Origin: the human T2T-CHM13v2.0 reference genome, Homo sapiens
NCBI RefSeq assembly: GCF_009914755.1
Contig: NC_060936.1
Reading direction: 5' to 3' (one strand)
DNA length: 64,000 nt
The translations under genes and the position numbers were made by a program. The notes beneath the pieces are model-generated. The model worked only from the letters and a program-made list of their open reading frames with translations. It was not told the DNA's origin and ran no database searches. This document shows positions 17,051-32,317 of this stretch, piece after piece (positions within the stretch are counted from its first letter, which is position 1; each line of letters opens with the position of its first letter).

Positions 17051-17671
17051 TATCGGGGAGCAAGTAGGGGCTGGGTAATAAGGTGTCCTAGCCAAGGTCT
17101 GGCTTACAATGGCTTAAAGTTAATCACATACTCCCAGTGGCCATTTCCTTGATCCTGAAATGTATAATTGGGATTAAGAGGGTGTGCAACCCCCACCTTA
17201 GGTCCTTGGCCTGTAGGCTAGGGCTATCAGCGTGGGAAAGGCCAAGTGGAAACCTCTGAAACTGCCCCTCCCCACCACCCTCAGCCAAGAGTGAAATCAA
17301 AACAATATTTCATCCTGGGGGAATGGCCATTAGTGCCATCCTTAATCTTGAAAAAATGCAGGAGTGGTGGTCCCCATCATATCTCCATTTAATTCCCCCA
17401 CGTGGTCTTAGCAGAAACCAGGCAGAATCTGGAGAGTGGAAGTAGACTACCACATACTTGACCAAGTAGAAGTCCGAATTGCAACTGCCATGCTGGATGT
17501 GGTGTCTTTGCTAGAGCAGATCAACACAGCCTCAGACACTTAATATACAAACATGGACTTGGCAGATGCATTCTTTTCTATTCCAATCAGAGAAGAGGAT
17601 CATAACACAGTTCACATTCATATGAACTGGGCAGTAATATAATTTGCAGCTTTGCTCCAGGGTAATGTTAA

Positions 17672-18298
<627 letters not shown>

Positions 18299-18469
18299 CT
18301 GTCATATGAGTTTGAAGAGATCCAGATTCTCTGGACATCTGCAGATGTTTTATTGATCTGTCACATGGATGATATTGTGCTAATAGGGTCTGATGAGCAA
18401 GAAGTGGCTAGTACTCTGGAGGCAAGACACGTGTGCTTCTGATGGTGGGAGATAAACTCTACAAAGATT

Positions 18470-18766
18470 GGCCGGGTGCAGTGGCTCACGCCTGTAATCC
18501 CAACATTTTGGGAGGCTGAGGCGGGCAGATCACTTGAGGTCTGGAGTTCAAGACCAGCCTGGCCAACAGGTCGAAACCCCGTCTCTACTAAAAATACAAA
18601 ATTTAGCCAGGCGTGGTGGCGGACACCTGTAATCCCAGCTACTCAGGAGGCTGGTTCACTTGAACCAGGTAGGTGGAGGTTGCAGTGAGATGAGATTGCG
18701 CCATTGCACTCCAGCCTGGGTGACAGCATGAGATTCGGTCTCAACACAAACAAACAAACAAAAAAA
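18470..18766 (+). mobile_element. AluS
   Basis: Dimeric Alu, TSD TACAAAGATT. Confidence 0.9.
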
Positions 18767-19107
18767 CGGTACAAAGATTCAGAGGACTATGAAATTGGTA
18801 AAACTTTCAGGGTCCAGTGATCAAGGTACATGGCAGGGCATCCCTCCCAAAGTAAATGAAGGGGAGAAACGAGTCTTATTTGACATGTTAACTTTGAAAT
18901 GTCCATGAGGCATTCCAGTGGAGATGTGAGTAGGCAGGTGGGGATAAGAGTCTGGAGCTCAGGGGAGACCTTTCACCCCATATACCTCTCATCTGTGTTA
19001 TCTGTATGTGCATGAAAATACCTATCAATTACTTATCACCATCAATTTATTGCCATTGTCTTTGATGCCTTCTAGTTTTTAGCATCTACCTCTCCTTCTG
19101 TACTTTC

Positions 19108-19855
<748 letters not shown>

Positions 19856-20327
19856 TGTTCTTTCTATTTCTTATTTATTTCTACTTATCTCCTATGATCC
19901 ATTGTACTTTGCTGAGTCAAGCTGGATGGTGTTCACAGTGCCACTCCTGAGACCCCAGGGCTCGAGTGAAGGTGGAAGAGAAAAGTCTCATCTCTACTGC
20001 ATAGGCGAAAACTGGGAAGTGTGTCTTTAGGGACCCCAAGGTCCCCATTCTCTGGCTCCTTGTTGCCTTTTATTGCCTAATGGCAAATATTCTTCCTCTC
20101 TAACAGAACCTGGGCACAGGGGAGGCTGGCAGAACCCTGGTCTCTGAGTTGATTTCTACTTCTGACCTTGTGGGAAAAGGTTCTCCCCTTTTTTGGGCCT
20201 AAGTCTGTCAAGTGTCAGACTGGGGCAGCTGGATCTGACGTCCTCTGTGACCCCTTCCAGCTCTGAAATTTTTAAAGACCTGCAACCATGGAATTCTTCT
20301 CCCAGAGATGTTTTCATTTTAAGGACA

Positions 20328-21090
<763 letters not shown>

Positions 21091-22734
21091 AAGGACCAAA
21101 GTTTTGGATCTAAGCAAGGCATCTCTCATGGGTGGGGAGAATTTTTTTGAGTGGGAGGAGAGGGCATGTGGGCTCCTAAAGGTTCCACCTTGTAGAGTGC
21201 AGCTTTCCCATCTAGCTACCTCTGGTCCTTTCAGATCTAAACTCCTAAGGGCGAGGGCTAAGCTTCTCTCCCTGCTTCTCCCCTCAGGGCCCAGTGGATG
21301 CTGTGCACACAAAGGTACTCAACGCATGCTGAACTGTCTGCCTCTCTCCGAGGGTGCTCAGTGGGCTGGAAGTAGTGTGGGCTGCGGGACTGAGAAAGAT
21401 GTTGAGAGAGGACTGCGGGTTGGTGGTGAATGGAGCCAGGCAGGAAAGGGATGGGCACCCTTGGCTTTGGGCTGGTTAACTCCCATCTGCTCTGGCTGGG
21501 GGAGGGCCTGCCAAGTAAAACCCCTTGGCCTGGAGAGACTCACTGGCAGGACAGACCCATGGTGGGACTCCTTTCCCCCGCTGCTCACCTCCCCACACAG
21601 ACCCACGGGTCTGCTCACTGGGCAGCTTCAGGGGTTCCCTGCCTCCAGTTGCTCCCTGCTCTGACCACACAGTACACAGCTGCAACACTGACTGGAGCAC
21701 TCTCCTGCTCAAACACCACCCATGGCTCCCTGCTCTCGCTGGGTCAAGGCTAAACTCCTTCAAGGGCTGCTGTCATGGGGAACTCAGCTACTTCTCCAGC
21801 CTGAGAATACAGGATTCCTTTTCTAAAATCCTTCCCCTTCTGGCTGTTCCCCAAACCTCTCCCTGGATCCTCTCCCTCTGGGATTTTCCTGACACTGTTC
21901 CCTCCTTCTAGAGCGAGTCTCTTCCTTCCAGCAAATCAAACTCTAGCCATCTTTAAAGGCCTGGCTTTATGCCTTTCCCTCTGAGCAGCCTTTCTGGATT
22001 TCCTAAGGTGGAAGCGATCATTTCCCAAGATCTTCCCGAGGAGGAGGTGATCCCCCATGTCTCCCCTATGATGCCTCCCACTTTCTATCTTGTCTGTTGC
22101 TGTCTATGGGCAGGACTCATTTCCAACACAGAGGTCATGCTCTGTTGGAAGGAGACACGTCCACCTCACTCCTAGATTCCCAGCAGCTCACACAGGGCTT
22201 AGCATGTAGTAGGTGTTTACTAATTATTTTTCAAATGAATAAACTACCCCATGCAGCTCTGTACACTGAACTCCAGCAGCTCCACGGGCAGAGTTCTAAG
22301 GCTGGAGTTGCATGTAACTTCCTGATCTGCTCTCTGGGCTGATTTGATTTGCCGGTGGGTGGTGCAGAGCCACAAACTGAGCTTTCCCTGTGGGCTTCTC
22401 CTCCAGGGCTGTTTGTGGTTCCTTGTGGGTGCTCTGTTCAAATGCATGATACAGAGTTGGTCCGAAATGGAAAGTTTGTCTTAAAGAATTAATACACTTT
22501 AAACAATATATTTCATATCTATAAATATATGCAAAGTTTAATATAATGAATATCTATGTATCCACCACCCAGCTTAAGGAAGAGTGTTGCCAGCATAGTG
22601 TGTGGATACCCTCTCCTTTTCCGGAGTCCTGATAAGGTCACTCTTTCAAGTTTGCCTGACACCAGAAACAGGTACAACTTAGCTGCTCAGGGACTATATG
22701 AGTCCTTCTGCTAAACTACTGGGTTTCAGAACTC

Positions 22735-23037
22735 TTTTTTGTTTTTTTTGTGGAGCGGAGCCCAGGTTGGAGTGCAGTGGGGCCCGGAGTGCAGTGGGGC
22801 GATCTTGGCTTACTGTAACCTCCGTCTCCTGGATTCAAGCGATTCTCCTGCCTCAGACTCCCGAGTAGTTGGGATTACCAGCATGCACCACCATGCCCGG
22901 CGTATTTGTATTTGTAGTAGAGACGGGGGGTCTCACTATGTTGTCCAGGCTGGTCTTGAACTCCTGACCTCAAGTGATCCGCCTGCCTCAGCCTCCCAGA
23001 GTGTTGGGACTACAGGCCTGAGCCACTGCGCCTGGCC
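22735..23037 (-). mobile_element. Alu (S/J) with small internal duplication
   Basis: GGAGTGCAGTGGGGC repeated; TSD GGGTTTCAGAACTCTT. Confidence 0.85.
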
Positions 23038-23269
23038 GGGTTTCAGAACTCTTAAAGTCACCTACATTCATACTAAAAAGGAGATGGGACCCTTGAACAA
23101 ACAACAGAGTTTTAGTGGCACCGCTCTGCAGCGGGCTGTCTTCTGACGAGTAACTTTAGGAAGCAGATCAAGTGTGCAGTTTTGAATGGCACCCCATAGT
23201 GGGGAGGTGAATGGCGCTGGGGATTCTGGGTCTCTGCCCCAGGGCCCGGTGCCACTGCACTGAAACCTC

Positions 23270-23302
23270 TGCAGTGTACGCTTCTGTCCCTAGATGGCAC
23301 TG
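23270..23302 (+). promoter_or_regulatory. CTCF motif (forward) with upstream module
   Basis: Core CTGTCCCTAGATGGCACTG (23284-23302) preceded by TGCAGTGTA at the usual spacing. Confidence 0.5.
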
Positions 23303-23673
23303 CTGTACTGTGCCCCTTCCCACCTGGTCCAGGTGTTCTGGGAAAAAGAGGCATTTTGTATTTTGGAGACAATGGAAGAGATAAATGCTTTAAATTGAAA
23401 GGTGGAACTCTGGCCCAAACTTCAAACCGGCAGAGCTAGGTGCTAATTTCAGCTGGCTGCTCCTCTGAGCATGGCTCCAGAGTTCACATTCTGATCCACT
23501 GACAGGATCTGCATGACTGGGTTGGTTGCATATGTGAAGTAAACAGAATAACAGAACCCGACCTATCTAGGGCTTTGGGAATAATGAAATTATTTGCTTT
23601 ATATAAAGTGCTTAGAACAGTGCATATTACATGGTCATTGCTCAATAAAGTTCAATATTCTTTTCTTTATTCT

Positions 23674-23966
23674 TTTTTTTTTCTTGAGATGGAGTCTCTC
23701 TCTGTAGCCCAGGCTGGAGTGCAGTGGTGTGATCTCAGCCCACTGCAACCTCTGCCTTTTGGGTTGAAGTGATTCTCCCACCTCAGCCTCCTGACTAGCT
23801 GGGATTACAGACGTGTACCACCATGCCCGGCTAATTTTTGTATTTTTAGTAGAGACGGGGTTTCACCATGTTGGCCAGGCTGGTCTCAAACTCCTGACCT
23901 CAAGTGATCCACCCTCCTAGGCCTCCCAAAGTGTTGGGATTACAGGCGTGAGCCACTGCAACTGGC
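23674..23966 (-). mobile_element. AluS
   Basis: Antisense dimeric Alu. Confidence 0.9.
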
Positions 23967-25239
23967 CTCTTTTCTTTTTTCATTTGCATTGTAGTGATCT
24001 ATCTGAGAGAGTACCCTCTCTCCCCGAGGGCAGAGACCATAGCTGGCTGCTGATACCTGTGTCCCATGGGCCCAGAACAGAGGAAGTGCTTCAGAAGCTA
24101 GTTCTCTCTCCACCCTGCCCCTATCACATGGAGGAGGGGGTCGCTGCATTCCATGTGTCTTCCATGGAGACCAGGCAGGATCTCCTGCCTGGAGAGAGCT
24201 GATGGGTGGGCAGATTTGCAATCTGAGCTGTTCAAGAATGGAAGGGGCTTCCTGGTGAGGAAGTAACTTACTGGGCACTGGCAGTGCACAAGCAGAGTGC
24301 ACTTGCCACACAGGATGCTGCAGAGGAGACCCTGGTTTCAGGCTGGACTGAGCAGTGCTGTCCTATCTGGAGGTCCCCTCTGTGAGTGAAATGCTAATTC
24401 ACTATTGCAGGAGCTGTCATGCTTCCTGAGGTTGTGAGAGAGATGGGAAGGGGTGGGAAGATCTGAGGGAATCAGGAGGAGAAAGTGCCCTGATTCCAGA
24501 GAGCAGGAGAAGGTAAGAGGCAGCTCTAGGCCTTTATCCTCCCTGTCAATATGTAGGAATGGTCGGGCTTCAATATTGGGTGGGGTGTAGGTGTCTGCGG
24601 GTGGGCCCTTGACTTTGGCAGGGCCTGTGGTCAGCTTCTGGGTGAAAGCTGCCATCTGTGGGCCCCTCGTCTCCCCATCATTCACCCTGCTCACTCTGTC
24701 TTCTTCTGATGGTCTCTGGATTCGTTTGAGTGTCTCCTCTGCCCTCGTGGTTGCCCAGACCAGATGCTTGGCCATCCCCTCCAATGCCTCCACTCCTCCT
24801 CCCCACCCGAGTCCAACAGGCCTACTGGGAGACAGAAAAGTGATTTCAAGAAAGTGTTAAGGTGATCTACTGGCCTCTGCCCTTGCCCCTGCAGCAGGGG
24901 TCCTGCTGAATCCTTAATCAGGTCATGTCACTTTGCTATGTGCCCCACTATGCTATGATGTGCGTCTTCTGGTCTCAGCAAAGGAAAGCCAGGTCTTAAT
25001 GTGAGCCTCTCAGGCTCTCAGCCCCCATCTCCCACAATGCTCTCTCCATCCATCACCCCTCCCACCCTCAACCACATGGCTGGCTCTCCCGCCTCCTTCA
25101 GGTCTTCAGAGACATTACCTTCTAGTGAAGCCTTCCCTGACCACACTACTTAAATGTATGATCCCTCCTCCTGCCCCTCCATTCCCCTCTCCTGTGTTAT
25201 TTCTCTCCATAGCCGCTGCCGCCTAACATACTGTCTTTA

Positions 25240-25376
25240 AGACTGGCTGCATAACTTGTAGTCTCAATGCAAAATGAAAATGTGGGGACTTTCATTTAAA
25301 AATTATTAAGAACTCCCAGGCAGCAGAGCGGGACCCTGGGTGGCTGCCTGGGCTGCATGCCCACATAGCGGCCCTC
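25240..25376. mobile_element. MER91A-like DNA transposon within an L2 remnant
   Basis: GCTGCATAACTTG..TGCAAAATGAAAATGTGGGG..AAAAATTATTAAGAA..GCATGCCCACATAGCGGCCCT. Confidence 0.6.
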
Positions 25377-27503
25377 ACAGTGTTCTTTTATTTTATGGTC
25401 CTTCTTCCTCACCCAGGAGGTAAGCCCTACTAGAGGAGGGATCTGGGCTTTGTCCACAGTAGTATTTTAGGATCTGCAGCATCTAGAATGAAGATGCTTT
25501 CTCACTTTTCTTAAAGTGAGAAAGGAAAGAGTCACATTAGAGGTCAGCACAGAGAAGGAGCACCTCACTCAGCCAGAGGGTGTGGGGAAAGGCTTCAATG
25601 AGGACGCACGAGGCAGCCGGGTCTGGAAAGGTGGGCGCAGGGCTGGGGGAAGCCGGTTGGGGCCTAGACAGCCTGTGGGCATGAGTGCAAGCATAGGGGT
25701 AAGAGAGTGCAGACCCCCGGGCTCTGCGGCTTCTCCATGGAGCAGTGCTGGGGATTCAGGCGTTACCCTGAAGGGTTGGGGTTGCATGTGCCTTGGTTCC
25801 AATCTACCTGTGTGACCTCAGTAGATGACTTAACCTCTCTGACCTTCAGTCTCCTCCTCAGTTGTCCTTATTATAGGGATAATATAGGGAATGGCATAGT
25901 CTAGAGCATACAGTAAAGTGTTGGGTACAGTAATGATAATATCTGGTGTATTTGGTGCATTTGGTGTCTGGACTGGTGGAAGAGGCTGGAGGTCTGTGTA
26001 GCAGGTGTTTGGGGAGTAAGGGGGCTGGGAGACAGTGGATAGGGTAGGCTCAGTGTCAGCCCTGCTTGCTTGAAGGGCTGCCAAGAGGGGACCCTTAGAG
26101 GTTAAGGAGATTGGGACCAGGGAATGAGGGAGACTTGTTTTTGAAGGCCTCTAAGATTCTGGCCTAAACAGTGTGGCCTCAGGGCCTGGGGCATGGTGTT
26201 TAGAGAGGGAAGAGTTGCTCCCCATCCCTCCTCCTCAGCATCCGGTCACAGACAACTGAGGCTTTGAGGGCTGAGGACTGAGCTGGCCATGGGTGGAGGA
26301 TGGGTGCTCTCCAGAGCAGAGTTCTCATGCCACGGAGGCAGCGGTGTCTTCGCAGGGAAGCAGAGCACAGCCAGTGCAGGCTTGCTCCTGCTTATAGGGC
26401 AGTATTCCTGGGGCCCCGAAATTAACTGGAGGACTTTCTGAGGGACTACCTGAGGCCCTGCAGCACGCAGCTGAGGGCCAGGAGCCTCTCTGACTTGGGC
26501 ATTGATGTCAAAGTGACCCCATGTTCACTCAGGCTGGTGACCTCCTTAGCAAAGTGCCTAGCACATAGTAAGTGCTCAATTAATGGGAGTTGATAGAACC
26601 TGTGTCCTCAGTGTGTGTCCTCAGGAGGGCTCTGCAGGGCACTGAGGCCCGGTGGAGAGAGGGTGGGCGGGTAATGACAAGCACAAGGGCAGGAAGGGAC
26701 CTTAGCAGAGGCTTATCTGCACTAAGCCCATTTTGAGAAGAGAAGACTTGCACGAGCATGGGGCAGAGGCCAGACAGGGGGACAGTGGGCCATAAGGAAT
26801 CTCCCCGCTTCCCTGCCATGTCCCTTGACTAGCCAGAGCTTCAGACGTGAGTGTCCCCCTCCTGCTGGCCTCCACCAGGAAGCTGCTCAGGTCCCTCAGA
26901 CCCAACATGTCTGAGATGAGCTCTTCAGCCGCCTTCCCAGCCCCTTGGTCTCCCCAGCCAGCCAGTCCCAGAAACCTGAGAGTCGCATGAGATCCTTTCT
27001 TCATCTCCAGCCCCTGGCCCCTCCATCACTGAGCCCGAGGCAACATCTACACTTTGGCCACGCTGCCTGCCTCTGGCCACTGTGTTTTTGCTAGCGTGGT
27101 GCCAGGCCTGACCTCCTCTCTTCTCTTCCCCTGGGTCATGCCCTCTAATTTGGGCCTGGGTGCTCAGTAAGTTCTAGAAGCAGTGGGTGGCCAGGGGGTC
27201 TGGGGCACGGAGGACTCTTTTTTTCTGGTCTGGGTCCTGGGTTGGGTCCTTGTCCCCTATGTGTCCCACACCTGTCAGCTGGGGGCGCTCCTGCCCCACA
27301 GAACCCCAGCATCCTGGCTCCAAGTGGGGGTGGGGAGCCTCTGGAGCCTCTCCCGGCAGCTGGGCCTGCTTGGCCTGCCCGGCAGGTCTGGGTGTGGGTG
27401 GAGAAGGCCAGGAGAGGGGTTGGGGAGGAGCACGTCTGTGTGTGGGTACAGGCCTCGGGGTGTGGGGGTACAGGAGCTGGGTGGGTGTGTACATGCAGCT
27501 TAG

Positions 27504-27504
<1 letters not shown>

Positions 27505-27554
<50 letters not shown>
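27505..27554. repeat. (TG)25 microsatellite
   Basis: Direct inspection. Confidence 0.95.
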
Positions 27555-27555
<1 letters not shown>

Positions 27556-29689
27556 TGTGGGCAGAGTTCATGGTGTGGGTTCTGTGGAGCCTGGGGACCT
27601 CACGGTAGGATTCCTTGGACATAGGTGAAAGGCTGGGCCTGGCCTCGTTTGCCCTCCAGCTCCTTCCCCAGGGCTCCCCACCTCATCACCCACTGGAGGC
27701 AGATCTTCAGCAGGCTCCTTTGGAGGGCGAGCTTTGAGGTGTAATCCCCACTCTTCACCTTGGTTCATCCCTAAAACGGTTGTAGCCTCAGTGTCCTTGT
27801 AAGTACAATGGGGAGAAGGACACCAATGTTGCAGGACTGTTGAAGGGACAGTGGGAAGCACCTAGGGCCTGGCCTCCACACAGTAGCAGGAGGGATGGAG
27901 GTGTCACAGCTGTGCCAGGCAGCAAGAGCTGCGCCCAGAGAGGCTGTGCCCTCAGGAAGCTGGAGGGCTGGAGGGTGGCAGAGGCCCACCACAAAGCTGT
28001 GGGGTAGGGGCGGGGAAAGGGCCATCAGACCACAGAGCACAGTGGTCCGGGCTCAGAGAGGGGACGCTCCCCTTGTAGGAAAGACAAGATTTCACCAGGG
28101 AGTGCACTCCAGGCCATGGGCGGCCTAGCAAAACCAGGGAGGTGGAAGATGTGGGACCTCCTGACAGCAATAGCGGTCTGGTGTGGTGAGGATCTGTGGG
28201 GGTCAGGCTGCTGGGTGGGATGGCTGAGTGTTGGGGCCTTGACCGTTAGTGAAGAGCCCGTAGTGGAGGGCGGGGCCCAGGCAGGGAGACCAGCTGGGGT
28301 GGGGCTAGGGGCCCGAGTGGTCAGCAGGCAAGAGGGGCCGGGGCCTGGGCCTGGATGGCAGCTGGAGGGGAGAGGTTCACTGGGAGGAGAATCTCCTTTT
28401 CCTCTTGGACTGCATCGTAGGGAATCGAGGTTAGATGACTAGAAGAACTTCCTGGCGCAGATCTGGGGAAGCCCTGGCCCAGAGGCCTGGCCTTTACCCA
28501 TCCCTGGATCCCCTGCCTCTCCCCAGCTCCCACTGTCCTCAGACACCCCTTGCCCCTGTCTGGGATTCTGGGGGTGAGCCCCGGCCTGGCCGAGGCCTGC
28601 TGCAGGGTGAGAGTTATGTTCCAGCTCCATTGAGTGATAAGTGCCACACTGCGACCTCTCTGGGTCTTCCCTGCCCACTACGGTGGGGGCGTGGGGCCCC
28701 TGCTCCATGGGCTGGGCTTCTGACAGGACAGTGGCAGGCCAAGGAAAGGACCTACCAAGCCCACCTTGGCTTGAAGGCTGAGGGGGTGAGAGAGGGCTGG
28801 GCGGGCCTGGTGAGTCTGGGGCACCTGGGCCTGCCTGCGAGGGTCCCTGAAGCATTGTGACAGTGACTGCAGCAGGAGGACTTCAGGCTGAGGCTGAGGG
28901 AAGAGTCCCAGCAGCTTCCTGGGAAGCAGAGGAGGGTGCTGAGCTCAGCTTGTGTGTCCCTGAGTGGCAGGCCTGGGCTTTCTGGGAATGCAGCCTGGGC
29001 CTGAGGGCAGGCGAGGGAGGCCAGCCAGGGGTCCTGCACCACCGCCCCCACCCACTGCCGGCCCCAGTCTGGCTAGGAGAGTGGGGGGTCTCCATTTCAG
29101 CCTGCTGGGCCTTTAGAGTAGGGCAGGGACTGGGGTGCTCTGGGGGCGGGGCAGGATCGAGGGGTGTGGGGTGAGGGGGAAGATGAGTCCCCTGGGCGTA
29201 TTGGAACCCATGCCAGGGGCCTGGGTTTGACTCCCTCCCCTAAGGTGCGCATTCCCAGGGCCTGGGGGAGAGGAGTGGGCTTGGGGCTGTGTGCAGTGGG
29301 GCCCTGAGCTGGGAAGGCACGGAAGTGCCTGCTCTGACCCATCCCCCACCTCCGCAGGGCAGGCAGGCTGAGGCCTGAGTCTGAATGACCCCCTACAAGT
29401 CTTGCCATAAAGCCACTGGTGCTGGGAGGGCGTCTGCTGTTCTTAGTGGGGAACACGTCATGTCCCCAGCCCCTGTCCCTCTGTGTCAGCTCCCAGCCTG
29501 GGCGTGCACAGTCGGGTGCAGCAGAGGCTCCTGATGGCTGGACAGGGGGCCAGTGTGGGCGCAGTGTGGGCAGTCTGAGCACAAGTGGGGTTTGTGGGCA
29601 GTGTGGATGCTGGGGGGCTTAGCGGAGGGTTACTGGAGACGATAGAGGTGTGCGGTGCTCCTGGGCTATAGAATAGGGAGGAGGATTAG

Positions 29690-30050
29690 AAAGGGCCTGG
29701 GAAGGCAAGGCTTGGAGGGCTGGTTAGGTTTTGGAGCAGTGGTTGGGCTGACAATGGAATTTTGGGCACACAGATGATCTGAGAGGGGTGAGGGTCAGAG
29801 CTGGGGTTTAGGATGGGATTGGTTTAGGGCTGGGTTGTGAGGATGGAGTAGGGCTTGAGCACAGAGAAGCAAGTAGAGTTTGGGGCACAGTTCAAATTTG
29901 GGGTTAGGGTTGGGATTAGTACCATGTCAGATGAAGGGATGGATTCAGGGCTGAGGGTGAGGGCCATTTGCAGTTAGCACCGGGCACAGCTCGGGGTTGG
30001 GTGAGGCTGGGTCAGGGCGAGGGCTTCTGGGGTAGGATCAGGTGCGTGGG
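29690..30050 (+). repeat. G-rich degenerate hexamer (telomere-like) tract
   Basis: GGGGTTAGGGTTGGGATTAG, GGTTTAGGGCTGGGTT, GAGGGTGAGGG; ~6-nt periodicity of GG/GGG. Confidence 0.5.
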
Positions 30051-31012
30051 GCCTGCTGAGAGTGTCCGAGGATCTGCTCGTTCTGCCCTGTGGTGTCCCT
30101 GATGGGCTTTTTCTCCCTTTTTGCAGGGTTGCTCTCAGCTATGGCCTTGGTTGGAGACCCAGCTGGTGGCCAGACCCCACCACCCTTTGGGTTTGGACCA
30201 GGGCTCCAGGAGGTGGCATCCTGCAGTGGAGCCCCAGACTCTCCAGGGATGGAGTATCAGCTGAAGCAGGGGCCCCCATTTCACACTGGAAAGGGCCTGG
30301 GGTTTGGGGTTCCCCCCTGCCGGGGAATCCAGGGTCCCCACCCCTGCCTGCTGCCTGCCCTCCTGCCTCGGCCTCACTCTGGGTCCTTGTCTGGGAACCT
30401 TAGCACCTTCTTTGAGCCGCTGGTGGTGTTGGCGCACTTAGCAGAGCAAGCCCTGGCCCCTTTCCTCACAAACCTCACTCCCAGGTCTAGGCGGGGAGGC
30501 TGGGCTGCTCCTCATTGTCTTAAGCAGAGCGGTCACCTGAAGGCCTGGCCGTCTCACCTTGTCATGATTCCTCCACATTTGAGAGTGACGGAGGGGCAGG
30601 GAGTCAGGGCTGTGTCCACAGTGTGTCCTCAACCCAGACTGAGCCAGGCCCATGGCTCTCACTGAGGTCCTCTCCTTCTGCCTTGGTTTCCCTCTGAGTC
30701 CAGCCCCATGGGGAAGCTGGGCTCCTGGGCCTCAGGCCTGATGCTCCCTGTGCCAGGGCCTGTCCCCTGCTACTGCACTGAGCTGGAGTCGGGGGCCTGG
30801 TTGTGGGCTTCTGCTCCTGGTCTCAGCGAGACCTCCAGGCTTCCTTGGGCCCAGCTCCTCATCTCAGCCGGTCGCACCTGGGCAAGTCCAGTCAGTGTGA
30901 GGGGCTACTTCGGTTTCCTCACTGTGGCAGGGATTGGGGGAGCTCCTGAGCCCTGGGCTGGGGTGGGTCCGGAGGGGTGGGGGCTCCTGGCTGGGCTGGG
31001 TGTGCCTGTATG

Positions 31013-31097
31013 TGACTCAGGCTGGATGCCCAGGCCCTGAGCTGGCGGCTTTGTTCTCCCACTGGCCGGGTAGGGTGCGTGCTGCAGCCCTGAGTCA
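31013..31097. promoter_or_regulatory. Pair of AP-1 sites
   Basis: TGACTCA 31013-31019 and TGAGTCA 31091-31097 in a CpG-retaining unique segment. Confidence 0.4.
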
Positions 31098-32307
31098 CCC
31101 GGGTGTGGCCGAGCTGCTGGCGGGACACCAGAGCCATACACCGCCACACTCACAGAGATCCACACACTGGAGCTCAGGACACGGCGCCCTGAGAGCGGAG
31201 GGCACCCCTGGTGTGGGTGCCGTCACTGGTGCCTTTCCCTCGGTGGTGCTGTGAGACATTCCCAAGAAGCTCCTTGGTGACTAAGGGCCCTGTGCTCCTG
31301 GAGCAAACTCAGCTGTTTGCTGAGAAGGCCTTCCTTCTCTTCGTGGTTACTCCCTGGTTAGGGCCTGGAGGGGGACCTGCAGGCACAGCTGGAGACCCTG
31401 AGGGGCACACAGAGCCTTCCCCCGCTGCCTGATAAAGGGCATATGCAGGTGACCATGTGCCATCTGTCCAAACTGTGCACCCACTGGATCCTTGAAACAG
31501 TTCTGAGAGGAAGGTGCATTGTTCCCACTTTACAGATGCGGACACCGGGGTTGCTAATAGTTGTCCAGAGTCACCCGACTAGCATGTGTCCCACTGGGAC
31601 GCTCCTCCTCAGGTGCTCTGTGTGGCCTGGTCCCGGCCCTTCCTCCACTTCAGTCCAGCTCACCACTAGGACCCCCTCGACACCACCCCTCGCTCAGTCA
31701 GGCAGGGGCCCACAGGGCCTGGGGCCAGATCTTCCCATGGGGAGTTGTGTCACTGTCCCTCCCAGGCATGGGGCCTGGCGCCCAGGCCCCTCCACTGCCT
31801 CTGAGGATGAAGACACAGGGCTCTGCTGGACTCCCTGGAGCGGCCCTGACCTGCTTTCTCTGGGCTAACAGTGGGAGGTCCTGGGGGACCTCCCTACTTG
31901 GGGGATCCAGGCCTCACTGCCCCCAGGGACAGCGCAGGAAGTGTGTGCATATCTGTGTGTGTGGGATGGGGCAGGAGAGGCAGCTTGGCTTATACCGGGT
32001 GTTGGGGGAAAGCAGTGCAGGTTCGGGGAACCTGGGCCCTGAACTGCATGTGGACAGCCCCCTCCCACAAGGGTGAGGATGGGCACACAGGGGCCCTGCA
32101 TCCTAGGCCAGGCTTGGGTTCTCGGAGGCCAGCTGGAGCTCGCCTGCTTTTCTCAGGTAGACCAGGGTCTGCTACAGACCCTGCTGCCCCCAGAAAGGCC
32201 TAGCCTGGTGCAGTGGGGTGAGCGGGCGGGGTGTGGCCCCAGGAGCTGGCCCCACCCCCTGCACCACCCTGCTTTGTCAGAAGCTGTTTGAGGCAGAGAA
32301 TAAAGCA

Positions 32308-32317
32308 CCTTATTAGG
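32308..32317. promoter_or_regulatory. Perfect CArG box (SRF)
   Basis: CCTTATTAGG = CC(A/T)6GG. Confidence 0.4.

Noticed and set aside
32299-32304. AATAAA as the end of a plus-strand transcript
   Set aside because: No upstream exon structure or clear GU-rich downstream element; the adjacent CArG box explains the AT-rich patch equally well.
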